64,000 bases of DNA from Anaeromyxobacteraceae bacterium (GTDB lineage: Bacteria > Myxococcota > Myxococcia > Myxococcales > Anaeromyxobacteraceae). Of the stretch, positions 19,009 through 28,960 are shown piece after piece. Positions within the stretch are counted from its first letter, which is position 1. The number at the start of each line of letters is the position of its first letter. The stretch spans positions 3,456,001-3,520,000 of the forward strand of contig JASGHJ010000002.1 of the NCBI GenBank assembly GCA_047602405.1, given 5' to 3'. A program made the translations under genes and the position numbers. Below the pieces are notes generated by a model, which worked only from the letters and a program-made list of their open reading frames with translations, was not told the DNA's origin and did no database searches.

Positions 19009-20292
19009 ATGGTGATCCTCACGACCCTCGCCGCCCTCGCAATCTCGGCGGCCCCGGCCCCGCTCGAAGAGCTCCCGCTCGCCGACGCGCTCACCGAGCT
19101 CGAGCGCGCGAACCCCGGCCTCGCCCAGGCGCGCGCCCGCGCGGACGAGGCGGACGCGGTCGTCCGGCAGGCCTGGTCGCCGCTCCTGCCGAACCTCTCC
19201 GCGCAGGGGACCTGGCTCAAGAACTCCGACGACGCGGCCCTGCAGCTGCCCGCGCTCATCGCGCCGCCGGCGGGGCGCGAGGTCGTCCTCCAGCCCGACC
19301 ACTCGCTGACCGTGCAGGGGCAGGCCCGGCTCGCGCTGCTCGCCCCGTCGGCGTGGTTCGACGTCGCCGCCGCGGGCGGCGCGGCGCGGGCGTCGGGCGC
19401 GTCCGCGGAGGCCGCCCGCCGGAACGCCCGCGCCGCCTTCACCCAGGCGGCGCACGCGGCGCGCGCCGCGGAGGAGCTCGTGCTGGCCTCCGAGGCGGCG
19501 GTGAAGAACGCCGCCGATCTCGAGGGCATCGCGTCGCGGAAGGTCGCGGCCGGCACCGCCGCGCCGCTCGACCGGCTGCGCGCGGAGACCGAGCGCGTGA
19601 AGCGGGAGAGCGACCTCGCCCAGGCGCGCGCGAACCTCGGGCGGGCCCGGCTGGCGCTCGGCGTGCTGCTCGGCCGGCGCGCGCCGGTGCGGGTGGCCGT
19701 CCCGGAGCCGGCCGCCGCCGCGGCGGGTCCGGGCGCCGCCAATCTCGCCGCCGCCGCGCTCGCCGCGCGGCCGGAGCTCCGGGCCTCGCGCGCGCAGGTC
19801 GAGGCGGCGCAGAACCAGGTGCGCTCGGCGTGGGCGCGCGTCGCGCCGACCGTCTCGGCGAGCGGCGCGATCTTCGCGTCCGACACCGCCTACCCGACCG
19901 GCGAGAAGAACGGCTGGCGCGCGACGGTGGATCTGACCTGGGCGCTCTACGACGGCGGCCTCCGGTACGGGAAGCGCGACGAGGCCCGGGCCCGGCTCGC
20001 CTCCGCCCGGGCAGGCGAGGAGGCGCAGCGCCTCGCGGTCGTGCAGGAGGTCGAGGACGCGGCCCGCGACGTGGACGTCGCCGCCGAGCGGCTCCGGCTC
20101 GCCGAGGCGCAGCGCAGGCTCACCGGGGACGCCGCCGGCACCGCGAAGCGCGGCTTCGAGGCGGGCGTCGCCTCGTCGCTCGACGTCATCGACGCGAACG
20201 ACCGGCTCTACCTCGCCGACGTCGGCCTCGCCGACGCCCGGGCCCGGCTCGCGCAGGCGCGCGTGGCCCTCGACCGGGCCACCGGGAGGTGA
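19009..20292 (+). CDS. TolC family outer-membrane efflux protein
   Basis: Signal peptide, LLPNLSAQG, LYDGG, GFEAGVASSLDVIDA, LDRATG. Confidence 0.88.
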   Translation: MVILTTLAALAISAAPAPLEELPLADALTELERANPGLAQARARADEADAVVRQAWSPLLPNLSAQGTWLKNSDDAALQLPALIAPPAGREVVLQPDHSLTVQGQARLALLAPSAWFDVAAAGGAARASGASAEAARRNARAAFTQAAHAARAAEELVLASEAAVKNAADLEGIASRKVAAGTAAPLDRLRAETERVKRESDLAQARANLGRARLALGVLLGRRAPVRVAVPEPAAAAAGPGAANLAAAALAARPELRASRAQVEAAQNQVRSAWARVAPTVSASGAIFASDTAYPTGEKNGWRATVDLTWALYDGGLRYGKRDEARARLASARAGEEAQRLAVVQEVEDAARDVDVAAERLRLAEAQRRLTGDAAGTAKRGFEAGVASSLDVIDANDRLYLADVGLADARARLAQARVALDRATGR

Positions 20293-20357
20293 GGCCGATG
20301 CGCGGAGGCGGACGCTCGCGTATCCTCCCGGGGCGGCGGAAGCCCGCGGAGGCCGAC

Positions 20358-21684
20358 TTGCCCGAGGGGCACGAGCAGAATCGAGCGTCAGGAGCTGGGG
20401 CGGCTGTTCGGGAAGATCATCGCCGCCCGGCTGCTCGTCATCCCGTTCCTGCTCGGCGCGGCGGTCTGGCTCGCGTTCCAGGACGTGACGCCGTGGAGGC
20501 GGGCGGTGCTGTTCACGGTGGGCCTCGCCGCGCCGTCGTTCTTCGTCGCCGAGTGGCTCCGCTTCCGCCACCGCGGGTTCACGCCGCTCGCGATCCCGGT
20601 GAACCTCACCGTCGCCGCGCTCGCGATCCTGAGCGTCTCGCTCGCGAGCGGAGGGCCGGTCTCGCCGTTCCTGGTCGTGCTCGTCCCGTTCGCGGTGCTC
20701 TCGGGGCTCTTCACGCCCTACCCGCTGCACGTGCTCGTGCCCCTGATCGAGCTCGTCGGCATCTGGACGCTCTGGGGCGTCGCCCGCTACGCCCCGCTCC
20801 CGGAGTTCCACCCGGCGGTGTTCGGCACCCCCACCGGCCCGCTCCACGTCACGTTCCTGGCGTGCCTCTACAGCTTCGTGATCCTGATGGTCACGGGCGT
20901 CACGCGCCTCACCCGCGGCACGCTCCAGCGCACCATCGGCCGGACCATCCTCGCGCAGCGCGAGTCGCTCAAGGCCCACGCCGAGCGCGCCGAGGAGCTG
21001 ACCGCGCTCTCCGCCGAGATCGCGCACGAGCTCAAGAACCCGCTCGCGAGCGTGAAGGGGCTCGCGGCGCTCCTCGCCCGGGACGCGCAGGTCGGGGGGA
21101 AGGACGCCGAGCGGCTCGGGGTGCTGCGCCGCGAGGTGGACCGGATGCAGTCCGTCCTCGACGGGTTCCTCAACTTCTCGAGGCCCCTCGTGCCGCTCGC
21201 GCTCGGCGAGGCGGACGTCGCGGCGATCGCCCGCGAGGTCGCGGCCCTGCACGAGGGCATGGCGAAGGAGCGCGGGGTCGACGTGCACGCCGGGGACGGC
21301 CCGGTGCCGGTGCGCTGCGACCCGCGCAAGGTGAAGCAGGTGCTCATCAACCTCGTGCAGAACGCGCTCGACGCGAGCCCGCGCGGAGGCGAGATCGCGC
21401 TCGACACGGCCGCGCTCGACGGCGGCGGCGCGCGGGTGCGCGTGCTCGACCGCGGGCGGGGCGTCGACCCCGCGCTCGGCGACACGATCTTCCAGCCCGG
21501 CGTGACGACGAAGTCCACCGGCTCCGGCCTGGGCCTCACGATCGCCCGGGCCCTCGCCCGCCAGCACGGCGGCGACCTGCACCTCCTCCCCCGCGCCGGC
21601 GGCGGCACGGTGGCGGAGCTCACCCTGCCCGGCCTCGCCCCGCCGGGCCCCGCCGCCGACCCCGGGAAGGACTGCGCCGCGTGA
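20358..21684 (+). CDS. Membrane sensor histidine kinase (apparent +1 frameshift at about 20379)
   Basis: H-box [10 protein letters not shown]-box NLVQNA, G-box GSGLGL. GGAGG-TTG start at 20358 joins the main frame if CAGAATCG is read as CAGATCG. Confidence 0.85.
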
Positions 21685-23067
21685 CCGTGCCCCCGCCCGC
21701 CCCGGCCTCCTCGTTCGCGCGGGTCCTCGTCGTCGACGACGACCCCGGCGTCCGCTACACGCTCCGCGAGATCCTCGAGGCCGAGGGCGTCGCCGTCGAC
21801 GAGGCGGCCGACGGCGCCGAGGCGCTCGCCCGGATGGAGGCGGCCCCCGCCCCGCTCGTGATCACCGACCTCCGCATGCCGGGGATCGACGGGCTCGAGC
21901 TCCTGCGGCGGCTCTCTGCCCGCGCGCCGGCGCCGCGGGTCGTGCTCATCACCGCGCATGGCTCGGAGCGCACGGCCGTCGAGGCGATGAAGCTCGGGGC
22001 GTGGGACTACTTCAAGAAGCCCTTCGACCTCGAGGAGCTCGTGGGGGTCGTGCGCCGGGCGCTCGAGGCGGTGCGGCTCGCGAGCGAGAACGAGCGGCTG
22101 TCGGGCGAGCTCGCGCTCGGACGCACGATGGTCTTCGCGTCCGAGGCGATGCGGAAGCTCGCGGTCCTCGTGGGGCGGGTCGCGCCCCGCGACGTGACGG
22201 TGCTCGTCACGGGCGAGAGCGGCACCGGGAAGGAGCGGGTCGCCGAGGCGATCGTCGCCGCGTCCCGGCGCGCCGCGCGGCCCTGGGTGCGCTTCAACTG
22301 CGCCGCGCTCACGCCGGAGCTCGCCGAGGCCGAGCTTCTTCGGGCACGCGAAGGGCGCCTTCACCGGCGCGACCCGGGCGCGGCCGGGGCTCTTCGGCGA
22401 GGCGGACGGCGGCACGATCCTGCTCGACGAGATCGGGGAGCTCGCCGCGCCCCTGCAGGGGAAGCTCCTGCGCGTGCTCCAGGAGGGCGAGGTCCGGCCC
22501 GTCGGCGAGGAGAAGGTCCGCAAGGTGGACGTGCGGGTCATCGCCGCCACGCACCGCGACCTCGCCGACGAGGTCAGGAAGGGGCGCTTCCGCGAGGACC
22601 TCTTCTACCGGCTGAACGTGGTGCACCTCCGGGTCCCGCCGCTCCGCGAGCGGCCGGAGGACGTCCCGGTGCTGGCGCGCCACTTCCTCTCGCGCTTCGC
22701 GGGGCGCTTCGGGATGGAGGGGCTCGCCGTCACCGACGCGCTCCTCGGCGAGCTCTCCGCGCGCCCCTGGCCGGGCAACGTCCGCGAGCTCGAGAACGCG
22801 CTCGAGCGGCTCGTGGCGCTCTCCCCGCCGGACGGGCTCGACCTGACGCTGCTCGGCGAGGAGCCGTCGGCGCGGACCGACGCGGAGCCGGGCGACCGGG
22901 CGCTCCCCCTGCGCGAGCGGGTGGAGGCGTTCGAGCGCGGGCTCGTCGTCGAGGCCTTGCGCGCGGCGGGCGGGAACCGCAGCGAGGCGGCGCGGCGGCT
23001 CGGCATCTCGCGGGTCACGCTGCACGACAAGCTCAGGAAGTGGGGCATCCCCGGCGACGGGGAGTAG
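21681..23067 (+). CDS. NtrC-family sigma54-dependent response regulator (apparent +1 frameshift at about 22336)
   Basis: Receiver (VDDD, ITDLRMP), [21 protein letters not shown] across the shift, [21 protein letters not shown], Fis HTH. Confidence 0.9.
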
Positions 23068-23103
23068 CGGGCGGGCGCGCGCGGGCGCAGCGTCGAGCGC
23101 GGG

Positions 23104-23772
23104 ATGCTCGCGCTCTTGCTCATGGTGAACCTCGCCGCCTCGAACGCCGGCGCGCCGGACTCCGCCGCGCCGGCCCCGGCCGCCTCGCCCCCGGTGGCGC
23201 CCGATCTGGCCGCCGCCGCACTCCCGGGCGTGGCGCCGCCGGACCTCGCCGTGGCGCCGCCACGGGCCCCCGGGCCGGGCAGCCCGTTCACGCCAGGGGT
23301 CTTCGCGGCCGCGAGCGCAGGCGCCGTCGCGGGCGACCTCGCCACGCTCGGCCTCGGTTACGGGGCGCTCATGCTCTTCGCGAACGGCACCTTCGAGCCG
23401 ACCGCCGAGGGCTTCCGTCGGGCGGCCCTCGGGGTGGCCGCCGTGGGGGTCCTCCTGCCGCCGGTCCTCGCCGCGCTCGCGGCGCGGGGTGCGCACGGCG
23501 GGGGCTCCTTCTGGCGGGCCGCACTCTTCGCGCTCGCCGGGCAGGCCATGGCGCTCGGGGCCGGGTGGGCGGCGTGGCCGCGGGCGTGGGCGTTCCCGCC
23601 GGCCCAGCTCATGGCGGTGGGGCTCGGCTCGGCCCTGGGCTTGCGCACCTCCGCGGCGCCCCGGGCAGCCGCGGACCGGGGACCGCCGGACCCTCCGCCC
23701 GAGGCGGCCCGGCCTCCCCCCGGCGACGGCCCCGGGGCCATGGCCCGGACCCCCGTCTGCCCGGTCGGGTAG
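23104..23772 (+). CDS. Hypothetical membrane protein
   Basis: Signal-like N-terminus and several hydrophobic segments. Confidence 0.5.
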   Translation: MLALLLMVNLAASNAGAPDSAAPAPAASPPVAPDLAAAALPGVAPPDLAVAPPRAPGPGSPFTPGVFAAASAGAVAGDLATLGLGYGALMLFANGTFEPTAEGFRRAALGVAAVGVLLPPVLAALAARGAHGGGSFWRAALFALAGQAMALGAGWAAWPRAWAFPPAQLMAVGLGSALGLRTSAAPRAAADRGPPDPPPEAARPPPGDGPGAMARTPVCPVG

Positions 23773-23838
23773 CCGTGCGAGGGCGGCGTGTCGTCGCCGC
23801 TTCACCGGGGCGCGCCCTTTCGTTATGTTGCGCGCGCC

Positions 23839-25470
23839 ATGGCCAACGCCAACCTCCGCATCCCCGCGCCCCGCAACGAGCCGGTCCTCAACTACGCCCC
23901 GGGCTCGCCCGAGAAGGCGGCCCTCAAGGCGAAGCTCGCCGAGCTCGGCTCGAAGGAGCTCGAGATCCCGCTCGTCATCGGTGGCCGGGAGATCCGCACC
24001 GGCCGGCTCGCCGACGCGCGCGTGCCCCACCGCCACGCGCAGCGGCTCGCCCGCTGGCACCAGGCCGGCCAGGAAGAGGTGAAGGCCGCCATCGAGGCCG
24101 CGCGCGTCGCGCGCAAGCCCTGGGCCGCGATGTCGCCCTACGACCGCGCCGCGATCTTCATCAAGGCCGCCGAGCTCCTCGCCGGCCCGTGGCGGCAGGT
24201 GCTGAACGCCGCGACCATGCTCGGCCAGTCGAAGACGCCCTTCCAGGCGGAGATCGACTCGGCCTGCGAGATCATCGACTTCTGGCGCTTCAACGCGCAC
24301 TTCATGGAGCGGATCCTCGAGGACCAGCCGTATTCGCCGCCCGGGCAGTGGAACCAGCTCGAGGCGCGGCCGCTCGAGGGCTTCGTCTTCGCGGTGACGC
24401 CGTTCAACTTCACGTCCATCGCCGCGAACCTGCCCACCGCGCCCGCGCTGATGGGCAACACGGTGGTCTGGAAGCCGGCCTCCTCCGCGGTCTACTCCGC
24501 GTGGTTCGTGCTGAAGCTCCTCGAGGCCGCGGGGCTCCCGCCCGGCGTCATCAACTTCGTGCCCGGCTCCGGCCGCGCGGTCGGCGACCCCGTCCTCGCG
24601 AGCCCCGAGCTCGCCGGCCTGCACTTCACCGGCTCGACCGGCGTGTTCCAGAACATGTGGAAGACGATCGGCGAGAACCTGCCGCGCTACCACACCTACC
24701 CGCGCATCGTCGGGGAGACCGGCGGCAAGGACTTCATCTTCGTGCACCCGTCGGCCGACCCCGACGCGGCCGCGACCGCGCTCGTGCGCGGCGCGTTCGA
24801 GTTCCAGGGCCAGAAGTGCTCGGCCGCCTCGCGCGCGTACGTCCCGGAGAGCCTGTGGCCGGCGATCCGCGACCGCGTGCTCGGGATGGTCACCGAGATC
24901 AAGATGGGTGAGGTCGAGGACTTCACCACGTTCATGGGCGCGGTCATCGACAAGGACGCGTACGACCGGATCAAGGGGTACATCGAGGTCGCGCGGTCCT
25001 CGTCGCAGGCGAAGATCCTGATCGGCGGGAAGTGCGACGACTCGAAGGGCTGGTTCGTCGAGCCGACCGTCGTAGAGACCGTGAACCCGCGCTTCCAGCT
25101 CATGGAGGAGGAGATCTTCGGGCCGGTGCTGACGCTCTACGTGTACTCGGACGCGAAGCTCGACGAGGCGGTGGAGCTCTGCGGCTCGACGTCGCCGTAC
25201 GCGCTCACCGGCGCCGTGTTCGCGCGCGACCGCGAGGCGGTGGTGGAGCTGCGCGCCCGGCTCGTCGACGCGGCCGGGAACTTCTACGTGAACGACAAGC
25301 CCACCGGCGCGGTGGTCGGGCAGCAGCCGTTCGGCGGCGCGCGCGCGTCGGGCACGAACGACAAGGCGGGATCGATCGCGAACCTGTACCGGTGGACGTC
25401 GCTCCGGGCGATCAAGGAGAACTTCGATCCGCCGACGCGGTTCGAGTATCCGTACATGAAGGAGAAGTGA
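23839..25470 (+). CDS. pruA: L-glutamate gamma-semialdehyde (P5C) dehydrogenase
   Basis: NEPVLNYAPGSPE, QAEIDSACE, PFNFT, GETGGKDF, QGQKCSA, SGTNDKAGS. Confidence 0.95.
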   Translation: MANANLRIPAPRNEPVLNYAPGSPEKAALKAKLAELGSKELEIPLVIGGREIRTGRLADARVPHRHAQRLARWHQAGQEEVKAAIEAARVARKPWAAMSPYDRAAIFIKAAELLAGPWRQVLNAATMLGQSKTPFQAEIDSACEIIDFWRFNAHFMERILEDQPYSPPGQWNQLEARPLEGFVFAVTPFNFTSIAANLPTAPALMGNTVVWKPASSAVYSAWFVLKLLEAAGLPPGVINFVPGSGRAVGDPVLASPELAGLHFTGSTGVFQNMWKTIGENLPRYHTYPRIVGETGGKDFIFVHPSADPDAAATALVRGAFEFQGQKCSAASRAYVPESLWPAIRDRVLGMVTEIKMGEVEDFTTFMGAVIDKDAYDRIKGYIEVARSSSQAKILIGGKCDDSKGWFVEPTVVETVNPRFQLMEEEIFGPVLTLYVYSDAKLDEAVELCGSTSPYALTGAVFARDREAVVELRARLVDAAGNFYVNDKPTGAVVGQQPFGGARASGTNDKAGSIANLYRWTSLRAIKENFDPPTRFEYPYMKEK

Positions 25471-25481
25471 CCACCTCGGCC

Positions 25482-25544
25482 GGACCGGGAGTCACCCGGG
25501 GTGGACCGAGAGTTCCCGCGGGGCGACCGGGAGTCACCCCGGGT
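25482..25544 (+). repeat. Repeat cluster A: 3 x 21-bp units, core ACCGRGAGT
   Basis: GGACCGGGAGTCACCCGGGGT / GGACCGAGAGTTCCCGCGGGG / CGACCGGGAGTCACCCCGGGT; GAGT at 25489, 25510, 25531. Confidence 0.85.
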
Positions 25545-25613
25545 GTACCACCTAGGACAGGCTCCGATCGGACCCGTTGCATCCCGGCGGGGCGTCGGGA
25601 AGGATGCCGGGCC

Positions 25614-26171
25614 ATGACCCGACTCCAAGTCACCCTCGCAGCGTCGCTCCTCGCCCTCGCCACCCCGGCCCTGGCCGCGCCTCCGGCCGCGCAGGCCCAG
25701 CCGGTGCAGCAGCCCGCGGGCGCGGGGCCCAAGATCGGCCTCGGCATCGCCCTCAACTCCGACCCGACCTTCTCGAGCCCGGCCGAGATCCTCGTGCCGA
25801 TCATCCTCAACCCGACGATCCGGGTGGAGCCGTCGCTGGGCATCTTCTCCCGCAACGTCGACGGCGGCACCGACACCCGCAACTTCGTGCTCGGCGTCGG
25901 CGTCCTCGCGGGCAAGCAGGTCGCCCCGGCCACCGAGCTGCTCTTCGGCGGCCGCCTCAAGCTCGGCTTCGCGAAGTTCGACAACGGCGTCACCTCCGAC
26001 TCGGGCACCGACATCCTCATCGCGGGCGCCGCGGGCGCGGAGCACTGGTTCTCCGACAAGTTCTCGCTCGGCCTCGAGGCGCAGCTCGGCTACTACGCGC
26101 TCTCGAACGTGTCCGGCGACGCCTCGGGCTTCTTCACGCAGGGCGCGCTGACCGCGCGCGTGTACTTCTAG
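25614..26171 (+). CDS. Outer-membrane beta-barrel protein
   Basis: Signal peptide, GAEHWFS, terminal ARVYF; similar to 11130-11732. Confidence 0.75.
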   Translation: MTRLQVTLAASLLALATPALAAPPAAQAQPVQQPAGAGPKIGLGIALNSDPTFSSPAEILVPIILNPTIRVEPSLGIFSRNVDGGTDTRNFVLGVGVLAGKQVAPATELLFGGRLKLGFAKFDNGVTSDSGTDILIAGAAGAEHWFSDKFSLGLEAQLGYYALSNVSGDASGFFTQGALTARVYF

Positions 26172-26289
26172 GCGCGACGCGGCCCGTCACGGCGGGCCGA
26201 CCGCGCGTTGCGCAGTGCACGGGAGCCGGCGCCTCGCGGCGCCGGCTCCTCGCGTCTCCGCGCGTCAAGCGCGGTCCTCCGCACCCCGG

Positions 26290-26400
26290 TGGGCCCATCC
26301 CGTCCCTGGGCCCATCCCGTCCCGGAGTTCCCCGCGCGCGCGCCGTCCCAGAGTTCCCGCGCCCCGTCCCGGAGTTCCCCCGCGGCGGCCTTACTCTGGG
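26290..26400 (+). repeat. Repeat cluster B: CCGTCCCRGAGTTCCC x3 plus one inverted core
   Basis: GAGT at 26325, 26351, 26372; inverted ACTCTGGG at 26393; 17-bp tandem TGGGCCCATCCCGTCCC at the left edge. Confidence 0.85.
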
Positions 26401-26498
26401 TGCCCCAAGTGAGCGCAGGGTGAAAGGTGGTTTGCAGTCCCACCGAGGCCGTATGGGTTCGCTGACCGGCCGATCCGCGCGCCGGAGGGGAGAACTCG

Positions 26499-28766
26499 AT
26501 GGCGACGAAACCTGCCCGGGGCGCGCTCGTCGCGCTCACCTCGTCGTTCCTCGCGCTCGCCGCCTGCGGCGGCCCGCCGTCCGAGGCCGAGGGCGCCCTC
26601 GCGCCGCCGCCGCCCGACTCCGCCCTCGCCTGCGACTGCAGCTGGCACTCGGCGTTCGACCTGTGCGTCACGTGCTGCGGCGACGTCGGCCAGGCGGTGT
26701 GCCCGTCCGGTGGCGCCTGCAAGCCGGGCCTCGTCTACAACGCCGCGAAGGCGGTCTGCGACAACCCTCCCCCGGCCTGCGGCTGCAGCTGGCGCTCGGC
26801 CTTCGACCTGTGCGTCACGTGCTGCGGCGACGTCGGCCAGGCCATCTGCCCGACGGGTGACTCGTGCAAGCCGGGGCTCCACTACGACGGCTCGACGACC
26901 CACTGCGAGCAGGCCTGCTCGTGGCACCAGACCGTGTTCGGCAACTGCTGCGGCGACGTCGGCCAGCCGATCTGCGTGAGCGGCGACGCCTGCAAGCCCG
27001 GCCTCCACTACGACGGCTCGACGACGCACTGCGAGCTGCCGTGCTCGTGGCACCAGTCGTCGTTCGGCAACTGCTGCGGCGACGTCGACCAGGTGCACTG
27101 CGATCCGCTCTCCGGCGACACCTGCAAGCCGGGCCTCGCCGTCGGCGTCGCGACCTGCCGTGACTTCCGGACCCCGGGCGAGACCTGCGGGCCGGACTAC
27201 CCGTGCAAGGACGGCTCGAGCTGCGCGCTCGTGGTCGACGCGAGCGCGCTCAAGCTCGAGTGCATGCTCGACAAGGACTCGAACGTCGTTGGCGACCCCG
27301 ACGCGTGCAAGGCCTTCTACAGCGCGGACATCGCCACCGGCGCGAAGAACAGCGGCGGGACGCTCAACTTCGGCGTGGGCGCACAGGGCTCGGTGGGTGT
27401 CGCGGGCGCGATCGAGACCGGCGTCTTCTACACGGAGGACGAGCGGTACGGCTGCTACGTGACCACCTGCTACGGGCTCGAGACGAACGTGGGCATCGGC
27501 GTGTACGGCGTGGTCGGCGAGTCGGACAAGTACGAGGACTTCAAGGGCCACTCGTTCGTGCTGAACCAGCTCGCCGGCATCGAGTTCGTCAGCTACATCA
27601 ACTCGCAGGGGTGGAACTCGAAGGAGGATCTCGGCGCGGGCAAGGCGCCGGTCTCCGCGAGCCAGGCGATCTCCATCGGGCTCGACATCATCCCGATCTC
27701 GGTGGGCGCGGCCGAGTGCGACACGATCACGCAGGTGGTCGTCGGGCAGGACACCGCGAGCCCGCCCGTCGCGCTGTGCCACGACGTCTCAATGACGCCC
27801 GCCACCGGATGCACCGCGGCCGTCTCGGTGAACAACGGGTCGTACAGCCCGACCGCCGGCGTAACGATCACGACGTCCCAGAGCCCCGCCGGCCCGTATC
27901 AGATCGGGAACACCCCGGTGACGCTCACCGCCACCGACTCGAACGGCCTCACGGCGACCTGCAGCGCGACGGTGACCGTGCTCGACGGCGTCCCCCCGGT
28001 CATCACCTGCCCCGCGAACGTCCGGGCCACGAACGAGGCCGGCCGCTGCGACGCCAGGGTCTCGTTCCCGGAGCCGGTCGCGACCGACACCTGCTCCGCG
28101 GTCGCGGCGAGCGCGACGCCGGCGTCGGGCTCCACGTTCGCCGTGGGCACGACCACGGTGAAGGGGCTCGCGCTCGACGAGTACCTCAACACGGCTTCGT
28201 GCTCGTTCACGGTGACGGTGGTGGACGCCGAGGCGCCCGGGATCACGGCGCCGCCGGACATGGTGGTCGACGCGACGATGCCGACGGGCGCGGTGGTGAG
28301 CTACCCGGCGTTCACCGCGACGGACAACTGCGCGGGGTTGGCGGTGGACGCCGAGCCGCCGTCCGGAAGCGTGTTCCCGATCGACCCGGACCCCGCCGGC
28401 TTCACGGAGGTGGTGGGCCGGGCGACGGACGCCGCGGGGAACGTCTCGACGGCGTCGTTCAGGGTGCACGTGAAGGGCGCGCGGGAGCAACTCTCGGACC
28501 TCCTGGCCTTCGTGGAGACCCTGCGGCATCACGAGGGGCTGGAGCACCGGCTCCTGCAGGCGATCCGCGCGCTCGACCGGGGCCGCACGTTCCAGACGTG
28601 CCACACGCTCGGGGAGATCATGGAGGAGCTCGGGGAACAGGAGCGGGAGCGGTGCCCACAGGAGGAGACCGCGGCGCTCCTCACGGCCGCCGGGCGGATC
28701 CGCGACGTGCTGTCCTGCCAGACTTGCCGCGAGGAGGAAGACGAGGGCCTCGCGGACGCGCGCTGA
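26499..28766 (+). CDS. Lipoprotein with four Cys-rich repeats and HYR domains
   Basis: Lipobox LAAC-GG; 4x CSW....(C)..CCGDV.Q..C..G..CKPGL; D..PP.ITCP...P.ATD.C...SGS.F.VG.T.V (HYR). Confidence 0.8.
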   Translation: MATKPARGALVALTSSFLALAACGGPPSEAEGALAPPPPDSALACDCSWHSAFDLCVTCCGDVGQAVCPSGGACKPGLVYNAAKAVCDNPPPACGCSWRSAFDLCVTCCGDVGQAICPTGDSCKPGLHYDGSTTHCEQACSWHQTVFGNCCGDVGQPICVSGDACKPGLHYDGSTTHCELPCSWHQSSFGNCCGDVDQVHCDPLSGDTCKPGLAVGVATCRDFRTPGETCGPDYPCKDGSSCALVVDASALKLECMLDKDSNVVGDPDACKAFYSADIATGAKNSGGTLNFGVGAQGSVGVAGAIETGVFYTEDERYGCYVTTCYGLETNVGIGVYGVVGESDKYEDFKGHSFVLNQLAGIEFVSYINSQGWNSKEDLGAGKAPVSASQAISIGLDIIPISVGAAECDTITQVVVGQDTASPPVALCHDVSMTPATGCTAAVSVNNGSYSPTAGVTITTSQSPAGPYQIGNTPVTLTATDSNGLTATCSATVTVLDGVPPVITCPANVRATNEAGRCDARVSFPEPVATDTCSAVAASATPASGSTFAVGTTTVKGLALDEYLNTASCSFTVTVVDAEAPGITAPPDMVVDATMPTGAVVSYPAFTATDNCAGLAVDAEPPSGSVFPIDPDPAGFTEVVGRATDAAGNVSTASFRVHVKGAREQLSDLLAFVETLRHHEGLEHRLLQAIRALDRGRTFQTCHTLGEIMEELGEQERERCPQEETAALLTAAGRIRDVLSCQTCREEEDEGLADAR

Positions 28767-28792
28767 CCCGGCCTGATCCTGACCCGGCCTCG

Positions 28793-28921
28793 GCCCGTCC
28801 CTCCCGGGGCCCGTCCCAGAGTCCCCGGGGCCCGTCCCAGAGTTCCGGCGGGGCGGGCCCTCCCAGAGTAATCCCGTGCTCTCCCGGAGTCGGGCGGGTG
28901 GGGGGAGTCGGGCGGGTGGGG
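28793..28921 (+). repeat. Repeat cluster C: TCCCRGAGT x4 followed by a G-rich 18-bp tandem
   Basis: GAGT at 28819, 28840, 28866, 28887; then GGAGTCGGGCGGGTGGGG x2. Confidence 0.85.
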
Positions 28922-28960
28922 CCGGTCGGACGCGGTCCGGTCCTGGGGTAGAACGGACGG

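Noticed and set aside
20798..20810. TCCCGGAGTTCC as another repeat copy
   Set aside because: Single copy in ordinary kinase codons (LPEF) with no 21-bp partner; expected by chance.
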